Assembly (NCBI GenBank): GCA_029210945.1
Contig: JARGGH010000009.1
Coordinates: 11,991 to 75,990, forward strand
Direction of reading: 5' to 3'
Origin: Anaerolineales bacterium
GTDB taxonomy: Bacteria; Chloroflexota; Anaerolineae; Anaerolineales; E44-bin32
Length of the DNA stretch: 64,000 nucleotides
Both the position numbers and the translations under genes were made by a program. Below, in pieces: positions 54,798 through 64,000 of the stretch. Positions within the stretch are counted from its first letter, which is position 1. Each line of letters starts with the position of its first letter. Below the pieces are notes generated by a model that was not told the origin of the DNA, did no database searches, and was given only the letters and a program-made list of their open reading frames with translations.

Positions 54798-57311
54798 TTA
54801 GACGGCAATACCCGCTTTCACCGGAAGCGAACCAGGCTCGGTTGCCTCGGCCTCGAGTTTGTATGCTGGTCGGATCTCGACGTTCCGCAGACGGTTGGCA
54901 TTGCTCACGACCGTGATCGAGCTGGTCGCCATGGCGATCTCAGCCAGCACCGGGTGCATCCAACCTATGATCGCCAACGGGATCATGGCTACGTTGTAGA
55001 AGAACGCCCAGAAAAGATTCTGCTTGATCTTGCGGAACGTCGCCCGGCTGAGGTTGATCGCCTCCACGACGCCGCTGATTTCACCGCGCACCAGCGTGAT
55101 ATCGCTGGCTTCGATGGCGATATCCGTTCCGGTCCCGATGGCAATGCCGACGTTCGCCTGGGTCAGCGCCGGGGCATCGTTGATCCCATCCCCGACAAAA
55201 GCGATCAGACCGAAACGCTCCTGCATTTTCTGCACTTCCTGTACTTTGCCATCCGGCAAAACTTCAGCCAGCACGTGATCGATTCCTACTTTCCGCGCAA
55301 TTGCTTCTGCTGTTCGTTGATTGTCACCTGTGATCATCGCTGTTTGCAGACCCGTTTGATGCAGTGCCCGAATGGCATCCTCCGAATCGTCTTTGAGCGT
55401 ATCTGCAACCGCGATCGCGCCCAGCAAACGTCCGTCGGCGGCCACGAGCATGGCCGTCTTCGCTTCGTCCTCCAACCTGCGCATGCTTCCTTCGAGAGGC
55501 TGTGGATCGATACCGTTCTCGCGCATCAAGCGCCGGGATCCAACCAGAACCTGTCGGTCTCCAATGACCGCACTAACGCCCTTGCCGCGTACTGCCTGAA
55601 AGTTCTTGGGCTCCTCGAGCACGCCTCCCTGTGCTTCAGCCTTCTCGACAATCGAGCGACCCAGAGGGTGCTCGCTGCCGCGTTCGGCAGAGCCGGCGAG
55701 GCGGAGCATTTCGGCCTCTGAGGCTTCCTTCACGCTGATGACGTCCGTCACCTCGGGCCGACCTTTTGTGAGCGTGCCGGTCTTGTCGAACATAACTACT
55801 TTCACATCCTTCATTGTCTGAATGGCTTCACCCGTGCGGATCAAGATGCCATTCTCGGCGCCCTTACCGCTGCCGACCATCAGCGCGGTAGGAGTCGCCA
55901 GGCCGAGCGCACACGGGCAGGCGATCACGAGCACGGCCACCATGGAGACGATCGCCAGTGTAACGACTCCCAATCCGGGGTCGACCCACGGCAGGAAAGA
56001 GCCCAGGCCGACAAGGCCTTGCATCGGACCGGAGATGAACAACCAGGCCAGAATTGTCAGGACGGCGATTCCGATCACGACGGGCACAAAGACGCCCGTC
56101 ACGCGGTCGGCGAATTCCTGTATGGGAACCTTGGAGCCCTGGCACTCCTCCACCAGCTTGATGACCTGCGAGAGGAAGGTGTCCTTTCCGATCTTAGAAG
56201 CCTCCACTTTCAGCAAGCCCTCCTGATTAACCGTGGCTCCGATGACTTCGTCTCCAGGGCGCTTGTTGATCGGCATCGATTCGCCCGTGGCCATGGACTC
56301 GTCTACCGCACTTTCACCCTCAAGCACAACGCCGTCGGTGGGAACCTTCTCGCCCGGCCGTACAACCATTGTGTCTCCAACCTGAACCTCCTCAATCAGG
56401 ACCTCAACCTCCTGTCCGTCCCTGAGGATGGTCGCTGTCTTCGCACCCAGCTCGAGAAGCTTGCGAATCGCCTGGGAGGCGCGTCCCTTGGCCGCCTCTT
56501 CGACGTAGCGACCGGTCAGGTGAAAGGCCATGATCATCGCTGCCACCCCGGCATAATTCGCCACCGGGAAGAAAAACGACGCGGGTCCAGTAAGCAGTGA
56601 AACGCCCGTGCCCAACGCGATCAGCGTGTCCATATTGGCGTGACCGTGACGGACTGCCGTAAACCCTCCATTGTACGTTCTGCGGCCCACCCAGAAGAGG
56701 ACGGGTAGTGAAAGCACGATCATGCCCAGATTGAAGACCAACGCATTTGGCCACACAATCCCGAAGAACATCTCGGCGAACATCCAGACGATGATAGGGA
56801 TTGTGAACCCCCAGGCCACTTTCATCCGGAAGGACGCCTGCTGCATCTTGCGTTCGGCCTCATCAGCTACATCGGCTTGTTCGATTTCATCCGTTTCCAG
56901 CACCTGGTAGCCCGTCTTCGCAACAGAAGCCTTGAAATCTTCAATTGAGGCGACACCGGGAACGTAAGTTACGTTTGCTCTTTCCGTGGCCAGGTTGACG
57001 GTGACATCAATGACCCCAGGGGTGTCCCGCAGGGCACCTTCTACATGCGCAACGCACGAAGCACATGTCATGCCGCCAATGGGAAGCACAACTTTCTCCT
57101 GCGCGATGTCATATCCAACCTCGCGGACTGCCCGGACCAACTCTGCCGTTTCCAGATCCCCGTTCGCGAATTGGACAGTAGCTTTTTCCGTCGCCAGATT
57201 AACGCTGGCCTTTGAAACACCCTCTACACTAGAGAGAGCATGTTCGACGTGACCCACGCACGATGCGCAGGTCATTCCGCGCACAGGTAATATGATTTGT
57301 CGATTTTCCAC
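54798..57311 (-). CDS. copA: copper-translocating P1B-1-type ATPase with two HMA domains
   Basis: GMTCASCV twice, [27 protein letters not shown]. Confidence 0.95.
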   Translation of the reverse strand: MENRQIILPVRGMTCASCVGHVEHALSSVEGVSKASVNLATEKATVQFANGDLETAELVRAVREVGYDIAQEKVVLPIGGMTCASCVAHVEGALRDTPGVIDVTVNLATERANVTYVPGVASIEDFKASVAKTGYQVLETDEIEQADVADEAERKMQQASFRMKVAWGFTIPIIVWMFAEMFFGIVWPNALVFNLGMIVLSLPVLFWVGRRTYNGGFTAVRHGHANMDTLIALGTGVSLLTGPASFFFPVANYAGVAAMIMAFHLTGRYVEEAAKGRASQAIRKLLELGAKTATILRDGQEVEVLIEEVQVGDTMVVRPGEKVPTDGVVLEGESAVDESMATGESMPINKRPGDEVIGATVNQEGLLKVEASKIGKDTFLSQVIKLVEECQGSKVPIQEFADRVTGVFVPVVIGIAVLTILAWLFISGPMQGLVGLGSFLPWVDPGLGVVTLAIVSMVAVLVIACPCALGLATPTALMVGSGKGAENGILIRTGEAIQTMKDVKVVMFDKTGTLTKGRPEVTDVISVKEASEAEMLRLAGSAERGSEHPLGRSIVEKAEAQGGVLEEPKNFQAVRGKGVSAVIGDRQVLVGSRRLMRENGIDPQPLEGSMRRLEDEAKTAMLVAADGRLLGAIAVADTLKDDSEDAIRALHQTGLQTAMITGDNQRTAEAIARKVGIDHVLAEVLPDGKVQEVQKMQERFGLIAFVGDGINDAPALTQANVGIAIGTGTDIAIEASDITLVRGEISGVVEAINLSRATFRKIKQNLFWAFFYNVAMIPLAIIGWMHPVLAEIAMATSSITVVSNANRLRNVEIRPAYKLEAEATEPGSLPVKAGIAV

Positions 57312-57371
57312 ATCAACCTCCTTGAAACCCGGATTTTTCCTTCACTAAATAGCAAGTTCTCTCAACAAAAC

Positions 57372-57644
57372 TCATTCGGCACTATTCAATAGTTTTGCAA
57401 CTTGCCCCAAGATGTACGCATGATCATCTGGCCCTTTTCTATCAAGCGCGATGGGCAGTTGCCTGGCTAGATAATCCTCGATCAGAAGCGCCTTGACCTT
57501 CCTCAAAGATCCCTGAATGGCGCTGATTTGATGCACGATATCCATGCAGTCGGCTTCCGTCTCGACCATGCGATACACACCACGGGCGTGTCCTTCTATA
57601 CACTGGAGACGCCTTCGGATATCGGACTTCTTTGCAGTTTCCAT
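57372..57644 (-). CDS. csoR: CsoR/RcnR-family metal-sensing repressor with an atypical ligand pattern
   Basis: RRRLQCIEGHARGVYRMVETEADCMDIVHQISAIQGSLRKV fits the family helix 1-2 signature. It lies directly upstream of copA. Confidence 0.8.
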   Translation of the reverse strand: METAKKSDIRRRLQCIEGHARGVYRMVETEADCMDIVHQISAIQGSLRKVKALLIEDYLARQLPIALDRKGPDDHAYILGQVAKLLNSAE

Positions 57645-57677
57645 CTCGCTATCTCGACCTCGTATACTCGGTCAGCC

Positions 57678-57695
57678 TCCCCTGCCCGGAGGGGA
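57678..57695. promoter_or_regulatory. C/G-tract inverted repeat upstream of csoR (operator candidate 1)
   Basis: TCCCCT-GCCCGG-AGGGGA, 34-51 nt upstream of the csoR ATG. CsoR operators described in the literature are GC-rich C-tract/G-tract inverted repeats. Confidence 0.3.
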
Positions 57696-57806
57696 CCCCT
57701 GCTTACAATCTTAGGACCCGGCGGTTCCTTGATGAAGGTCACAATGGCGTACTCGGAAATAGGCATTATGGACGGTATTAGCACACCCTTTCATTACGCC
57801 TAATGG

Positions 57807-57819
57807 ACCCAATTTGGGT
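57807..57819. promoter_or_regulatory. ACCCAA-T-TTGGGT palindrome upstream of csoR (operator candidate 2)
   Basis: Perfect 6-1-6 palindrome with an ACCC...GGGT core flanked by TAT. It lies about 165 nt upstream of the csoR ATG. Confidence 0.25.
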
Positions 57820-57848
57820 ATGTCACCTAATCCAAAAATCCGGGCGAT

Positions 57849-59136
57849 CTAAGAGATCATTCGTGTAGTTTCGTGCGGAGGGAAGAGTGGAAGATATCGG
57901 ATCGCAAGTGTTAGTGCGAGCATTGCGTACCCCAGGATTCCAAGGGCTACTCCCCATTCGGCCAGGCTTGGCCAATAGGCAGCTACCTCCGGCTGATAGA
58001 GAACCCCGGGAGAGAAGTCTGGAGGAACGGTCAGGCCCGAGACAGTAACATTCCAACGATGCACCAGGATGCCAATGCCAGCAGCGAAAGCGCCCAGTAC
58101 CAGGTTTGGCAGGTTGCGATTGAATCGCGGTATGAGGAAGATGGCCACAGGAAGCACAATTCCGACAGCGACCTCCCCGACCCAGAATCCAAAGCCATAG
58201 GGGGAAGTTTGATACAAGAGGGAGAATGCTTTCTCTGTCCCGGGCGTTCGACCATAGTAGCTGATGACCGCAAGGTCCCAGAATTTAAAGTAGGCATACG
58301 CCATGAGTGTAAACCCGCTGAAGCGCGCGATAGTTCGCAGGGCTTTCACTGGAACGGTTCGCCTGCCAGTTGCCCAGCACACCACGATTGCCAACCCCAT
58401 AGTGACCGCAGGCCCAACGGCGACTGCTGAGAGCACGAACAGGATCGGCATGCTCGGTTTAAACCAGACCGGTCGCGATTTCAGGATCCCGTATGTGGCC
58501 CCAAGCGATGATTGGTGAATCAGTGAGATCAGTATACCGATCAATGCCAATATCGGAGCGGCTCGATGCAAACTATGACCAACCCTGCGAATTAGAGGGA
58601 CACGCTTAAAAACGGGAGTTCAGCGATCACCGGTGCGAATTCTGTCAACATTACTAATAAGTAGAGAGAGATAGCCCAGGTGATTTCCCGAAGCACTGAA
58701 TGCACGTTCCAATACACCCAGGGGTGCCAGAACCGGTCGGGCCTTCCAATGTCGAGCACTAGGATCAGCATTGCGGATGTATAGCCAATTATTCCGATGA
58801 GCACCGCCAGGCGAGCGATGGGCCTGAAGGAATGCAAGCGAAACAGATAACAACCGCGCTCATCGTAAAAGCTCCCGCTCCAAGGGCGATGGCGGACAAA
58901 TCGATTGTGATCCACAAACCCCAGAGGACACTGTCGGTCAGATTGGTGATCGACCGCCCCTTGATAATCACTTGATAGGCTGCGGTGATCCCAGCGATGA
59001 TGCTTATGCTCAAGAGCGCCAGCCAGGCCAAATAACCGGGTGTGAGCGCAAACGGTGCGTAAGAGCTACCGTCAATCCTTTCACAATCCCTCCTTGGGAG
59101 GTATGTAGTAAACGCTGGTTTCGGTCCCCAGATCAT
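57849..59136 (-). pseudogene. NrfD/PsrC-family polytopic quinol-interacting membrane subunit, broken by two frameshifts
   Basis: Three consecutive track ORFs (58789..59136, 58592..58915, 57849..58571) together read as one NrfD-like protein: ...WGLWITIDLSAIALGAGAFTMSAVV / YLFRLHSFRPIARLAVLIGIIGYTSAMLILVLDIGRPDRFWHPW... / ...LIGILISLIHQSSLGATYGILKSRPVWFKPSMPILFVLSA.... Frame switches lie near 58843-58860 and at the A5/T5 run 58608-58612. Confidence 0.75.
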
Positions 59137-59908
59137 TACGCAGCCGCTGGGTTGGGTTCCCGGCGATCGTCCTGGAGGCCGGACTGTCGGGATCCCTCAG
59201 ATCCCCGAAGGTCCGAGCACCAACCGGACAGATGTTGACGCAGGCGGGCGTTGCCTCACGATCCACTCCCGGAATCATGCCGCGCTCTAATCCATCATCT
59301 ATGCGCTGCACGCAGAAAGTGCATTTTTCAACGACACCACGGGAACGCCGCTCGATCTCTGAAATCCCCCAGGTGGGGATAAATTCGTTCTCGTCGGTAC
59401 GCTCCTCCCAGTTGAACTTCCGGGCGTCATAGGGACATGCCACCTCGCAGTAGCGACATCCGATGCAGCGGTCGTAGTCCATCATCACAATCCCATCTTC
59501 GCGGACCCACGTGGCCTGCACCGGGCAAACTTCCACACATGGCGCTTCCTGGCAGTGAAGGCAAGGACGACTGAAGAAGAACTTATGCCCGGCGGAAGTA
59601 CGCTCATCGACTACGATGTTCCAGGTCTTGTCGGGATAGACATCATTCACCGCGTTGCATGCCCAAGTGCAGTAGCTGCAGCCGATGCACGCATCAAGAT
59701 CGATCACCATTCCCCAGTGTCCCTCGCCGGAGGGATGCTCCTTCAGCTGGTCGCCATTGACCTGCTGTTGCTGGAGTTCACTAAAGGGAGATAGCGGCCC
59801 TGTAGTCAATGCTTTCGCAGTGACGGCAGAACCAGCTACCGTTGCCGCTACCGTAATGAAGTCACGCCGGGTCAAGTCCACTTTAACTTTCCTTTTTCTC
59901 TCGGTCAT
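59081..59908 (-). CDS. 4Fe-4S cluster subunit of NrfC/PsrB/DmsB type with Tat signal
   Basis: LTRRDFITVAATVAGSAV. Four Cys clusters: CIGCSYCTWAC, CLHCQEAPC, CIGCRYCEVAC, CTFC...CVNIC. Confidence 0.88.
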   Translation of the reverse strand: MTERKRKVKVDLTRRDFITVAATVAGSAVTAKALTTGPLSPFSELQQQQVNGDQLKEHPSGEGHWGMVIDLDACIGCSYCTWACNAVNDVYPDKTWNIVVDERTSAGHKFFFSRPCLHCQEAPCVEVCPVQATWVREDGIVMMDYDRCIGCRYCEVACPYDARKFNWEERTDENEFIPTWGISEIERRSRGVVEKCTFCVQRIDDGLERGMIPGVDREATPACVNICPVGARTFGDLRDPDSPASRTIAGNPTQRLRNDLGTETSVYYIPPKEGL

Positions 59909-60132
59909 GAAAGATGCTCCTAAGACTTCCACAGTTGTGCTCTCACGACGACATCCCAGCCCATGCAGAAAAGCAATATGAGCGCATCAAATGTCAAACT
60001 ACTTACATCGTATATTTGTGTTTTATTTCACAAAAGGTAGGATAAGCCTACGGGGATGTAGGCAACTTCGCCTAGGAGGGATCCGATCATCATCCGGCTA
60101 GCGATGGCCTGGGGGGATGTGTTGATCGCAGG

Positions 60133-60840
<708 letters not shown>

Positions 60841-60917
60841 GTTTCCAATCCTTGTCTGTAGGGACGTATGAAACTCCCGCTCCAAAAATGGTGTTGCTTG
60901 CTATTTTTTCTCGCTGG

Positions 60918-62030
60918 TCACCCCTTGAATACTGTCATGGGGTCCAGGCGTATTATGCGCCCAAGCGGCAGCAGAGATGCTGCCGCGGTGATCGCGAGGA
61001 GCACCGGGACCTGCCCTAGCAGATTGTCGGGTTCGATAACGATGAGCATCTCTGGAAGCAGGGTCGTGATCAGGGCACCTATTCCATAGGCGAGCGGAAT
61101 ACCCACCAGAAATCCAAAGCCGCTGCTGATGAACGCCTGCGCAGCGACCACCCTCATCAGCAGCGCGGTGTCCGCCCCAATCGCCTTCAACACACCGTAC
61201 TCACGGGCGCGCTCAACGGTGGCGGTATAGACTGTCAGCGCGATCACCAGCAGCCCTACGACGTAAGCCACGCTGTTCATCGCTCGAATGACATCGGCGC
61301 CCATCTGGCGGATCATTTCCTGGTCGCTGGCAACGAACGCTTCGCGAGTCATCAAGTTGGCTTCTGGAATCGCTTCCTTCAGCCGATCGGCGACTTGAAC
61401 TCTATCCGCGTCTGACTCGGGTCGAATGAGCACATAGCTGGCCGCATCCGGGGGCACTCCCATAAGCCCCGCCAGTGTCTGCTTGTTGACGAATGTGATG
61501 CTGGTGGCGATGCCGAAAGTCCCCTCGCTCAGGCCTGCGATGCGCAGCTGCTTCCCGAGCAGATCTACCGTGTCTCCGAGCCCCAGGCCATACCTGGCCG
61601 CCAGGTCACTGTCGAGGATCACTTCATCAATTCCAGGAGACCCGGCACCCTCCATCAGATCCCACGGTCCACCAAAGGGAGCGCCCTTCTCCACGGCGAA
61701 GATGTAGCTGTAAACCTCGGTCTCCCCAAGGTCCACTGCGCCGGTGGAATAGAGCAGTCCGACCGCTTGATACACCCCCGCGATCCCGCGCACATCCTCG
61801 ACAACCTGCGGGGGAAGCAGCGACGAAGACATGTGAAGATTTTCGACCCCATCCTGCATCAGCCACAGGTCAGCCGGCTGTCGCTTGATGTACGCCACCG
61901 CGTGCTCCTCGGATCCGGCAAAGATTCCCGCCATGAGCAGGATGAGCATAACCGCCAGGGCCACACCACCTACGCTGATGATGAGCCGTGCTCTCTCATG
62001 TAGCAGATTTCTCCAGGCTAATTTGAACAT
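60918..62030 (-). CDS. ABC transporter permease, FtsX/MacB-like
   Basis: MFKLAWRNLLHERARL N-terminus, a large outside loop, and a C-terminal three-helix FtsX-type bundle (REYGVLKAIGA). Confidence 0.85.
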   Translation of the reverse strand: MFKLAWRNLLHERARLIISVGGVALAVMLILLMAGIFAGSEEHAVAYIKRQPADLWLMQDGVENLHMSSSLLPPQVVEDVRGIAGVYQAVGLLYSTGAVDLGETEVYSYIFAVEKGAPFGGPWDLMEGAGSPGIDEVILDSDLAARYGLGLGDTVDLLGKQLRIAGLSEGTFGIATSITFVNKQTLAGLMGVPPDAASYVLIRPESDADRVQVADRLKEAIPEANLMTREAFVASDQEMIRQMGADVIRAMNSVAYVVGLLVIALTVYTATVERAREYGVLKAIGADTALLMRVVAAQAFISSGFGFLVGIPLAYGIGALITTLLPEMLIVIEPDNLLGQVPVLLAITAAASLLPLGRIIRLDPMTVFKG

Positions 62031-62080
62031 GAATAACCTCTCTTGCAGGCCGCGTGATTCACACAATATCTAAAGAACCC

Positions 62081-63193
62081 TCACGCCTGAAAGACCTCCA
62101 CGGGATCAATGCGTTTTAACCGCTGCATAGGCAGCAGCGCCGCCGGGACGGTCATAAGCAGGGTAAGTGCCGCTGTGAGGACCAGATCTTTCGTCTGGAT
62201 TACGATATTGAACTGGGGCCAGAGCGTCATGATCGCTTCAGCGGCAAGGAAAGCGAAGCCGGCACCCAACACGAATCCAGAAACAGCTCGAAAAAGGGTC
62301 TCTCGAGCCACCAGCCAATTCAGCCACCATCCACCCGCCCCAATCGCCTTCAACACGCCGTACTCCCGCTTGTGATCGATAATGGAGGTATAGCTGGTGA
62401 GTCCCATCACCGCGGCGCCGATCACGCTTCCAATGGCCAGCATAACGTTGAGAGGTGTATCCATGACCGTCGCCATTACCCGGCGATCAGCATCGGCGAT
62501 ATCCTCGGGCGTCAAGGCCTGCACGCCTGGAATTTGGTTCTCAATGCTTCGGATGGACTGGGACGTGTTTGCGCTGTCTGGAAGCCGCAGCAGATGGAAG
62601 CTCACAAGACCGTGCAATGCCAGAGCCTGTTCCGCGGCAGGGAGTGTGATGAAGATGTATGGACTCATCCATGACGAGGTTCCCCGCGTGAGTCCAACGA
62701 CGCTAAACGACTCGCCAAGCACCTCGGCGCGGTCGCCTACTTGCAGATCAGATCTTTTGGCAAGCCATGTATCCAGCATGATCTCATCGTCCGCTTGCAG
62801 AAAACGTCCGTCTCCAAGCTCCCAAGGCGCTCCAAAAGTCGTTTCCGGTTCGTAACCAACAAGAAGTACGGGGGTCTTTGCATCGTTCTGGGTAAAGATG
62901 ATATCCGCCAGGAGAATATGACCTGCCTCCTCCGCCCCTGACAGACGGACGCTATCATCGTGGATTGCCATGGGCACGGCCGAATCAGAGGAAAGGATTC
63001 CCTTCACGCCATCCTGGGCTACGATAAGATCCGCGCCGATGTTGTCAGCAAAGGCCGTCAGTGTGGCATACAAGCCCTGCCGAAATCCCAACAAGAGCAG
63101 GATCAGAGCGAGCGCAGCGCCCACGCCGGAGACGCTCAAGATCAGTTTTCCGCCTTCGTGGAATAGATTTCGACGGACAAGAGGGACGCTCAC
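62081..63193 (-). CDS. ABC transporter permease, FtsX/MacB-like (second copy)
   Basis: LVRRNLFHEGGKL N-terminus and the same architecture (REYGVLKAIGA). Confidence 0.85.
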   Translation of the reverse strand: MSVPLVRRNLFHEGGKLILSVSGVGAALALILLLLGFRQGLYATLTAFADNIGADLIVAQDGVKGILSSDSAVPMAIHDDSVRLSGAEEAGHILLADIIFTQNDAKTPVLLVGYEPETTFGAPWELGDGRFLQADDEIMLDTWLAKRSDLQVGDRAEVLGESFSVVGLTRGTSSWMSPYIFITLPAAEQALALHGLVSFHLLRLPDSANTSQSIRSIENQIPGVQALTPEDIADADRRVMATVMDTPLNVMLAIGSVIGAAVMGLTSYTSIIDHKREYGVLKAIGAGGWWLNWLVARETLFRAVSGFVLGAGFAFLAAEAIMTLWPQFNIVIQTKDLVLTAALTLLMTVPAALLPMQRLKRIDPVEVFQA

Positions 63194-63934
63194 GAGCTGT
63201 TGTCTCCAGTGTGTCTCAGATCGATTTAGTTAAAATTCATCATTTGCGCTCAACGAACGGTTGTCAATCCACGCCAATCATGGACGAGACCACAATCATC
63301 AGATCTCCCGGTAATCCACAAATCATGGTTTGCTAGATCGACGACCACTCGAAGCCGGGCCAGGTCTTAAGCTGCCATCTTAAAGTGCAGATCCCCGACC
63401 GTCGCCAACACGGGCAGCTGCGATCTTGTGGCCTCGTTCATATCCATAAGGTATCAAATGCTGGAGACAGGGAAGAAGAGCGGACTGGCGGGGCGCAGGC
63501 AGGCAGAATCACCTGTTTCTTGAAGTCAAGCCCCTCGTACGGGTCAGTTAAGCCGCCTCGGTACGGCTACAACACAAAACTCCTTATAGAGATTGAGAAT
63601 ATGCCCTTCAACGATCCGAACGCCCAAATAGATGTGGTCTGGGATGGCTTTGTCGTTGGAGCCCTTGTCTGTTAATGCTCAGGCCCTTCCGTTTGTTCAC
63701 CGAAGTCTTCCCCGCCTTGATGAAGGATCCTAAACGCATGGAGCGTCAAGTCTGTGGAAAGAAATTTTCGCCCGAGGCCCCCTGGCGAATGCGCTGGCTC
63801 AAATCTGAGGGCGGATTGCTGTCTCTCCATACAGCCGCTGGTCTCCTTATATCCTCCACGTTCTCGTCTAAAGCGGAGAGTTGTGCTTTGCCATGAGGAT
63901 TTTGGGAACGCCCGAGAACTCCTTATGCAGCGAA

Positions 63935-63990
63935 ATGAGATCCAGGCCCCCCGAGTCCAGATCTCATAGGATCACCCGGGGGGCCTGGAT
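63935..63990. repeat. two interleaved, mutually exclusive inverted repeats at the window edge
   Basis: ATGAGATC (63935-42) pairs with GATCTCAT (63960-67). ATCCAGGCCCCCCG (63940-53) pairs with CGGGGGGCCTGGAT (63977-90), a perfect 14-bp repeat. Confidence 0.6.
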
Positions 63991-64000
63991 GGTGCCCCGT

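Noticed and set aside
63385-63896. Track ORFs 63385..63675 and 63675..63896 (+), and a minus-strand 52-codon ORF with an AAGGAG 12 nt upstream.
   Set aside because: None has family resemblance or convincing translation signals. They are treated as an unassigned region.

Overview
This is a bacterial chromosomal window, moderately GC-rich by eye. It uses the standard genetic code, with TGA, TAA and TAG all seen as stops. Gene content is bacterial: Lgt, sortase, YkuD L,D-transpeptidases, an OmpR-type two-component system and Tat signals. The mix resembles Chloroflexota-type genomes, but that is only a guess. The window looks like an accessory mosaic with five themes. (i) Copper and heavy-metal homeostasis: three P1B-type ATPases (YHS+2xHMA CopA at 3597-6296, His-rich CPH-type CopB at 17246-19345, and a csoR-copA-DUF5676-like operon at 54507-57644), two free-standing YHS/TRASH proteins plus one fused to CopA, an HMA chaperone, cupredoxin-like, YtkA-like, DUF302 and DUF2933-like proteins, and several Met/Gly-rich proteins. 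(ii) Extracytoplasmic thiol-redox and cytochrome c maturation genes: CcmF, CcmH, two TlpA/ResA thioredoxins, two CcdA/DsbD-type membrane proteins, a VKOR-like protein and two Lgt paralogues. (iii) Four stand-alone Tat-type Rieske [2Fe-2S] proteins and an NrfC/NrfD-like pair, none next to a cytochrome b or a catalytic subunit. (iv) Cell-envelope enzymes (two L,D-transpeptidases, a sortase, a LysM-M23 peptidase) and a MacB/FtsX-type ABC exporter. (v) A decayed segment (about 13.6-16.1 kb) with IS and gene fragments around an intact archaeal-type GAPDH. I recognised no rRNA, tRNA or CRISPR array. The most notable observations are these. An unannotated glutaredoxin-like gene has an in-frame TGA exactly at the first active-site Cys (candidate selenoprotein, 42048-42290). 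A CcdA has its Cys-bearing first helix relocated to the C terminus (apparent circular permutation, 39858-40628). A roughly 9-kb minus-strand gene string (24706-33799) joins CcmF/CcmH to uncharacterised Cys/His-motif proteins and a Rieske protein. Several genes are broken by single-base frameshifts. All family assignments were made by eye from motifs and remembered family signatures; no database search or folding computation was possible.
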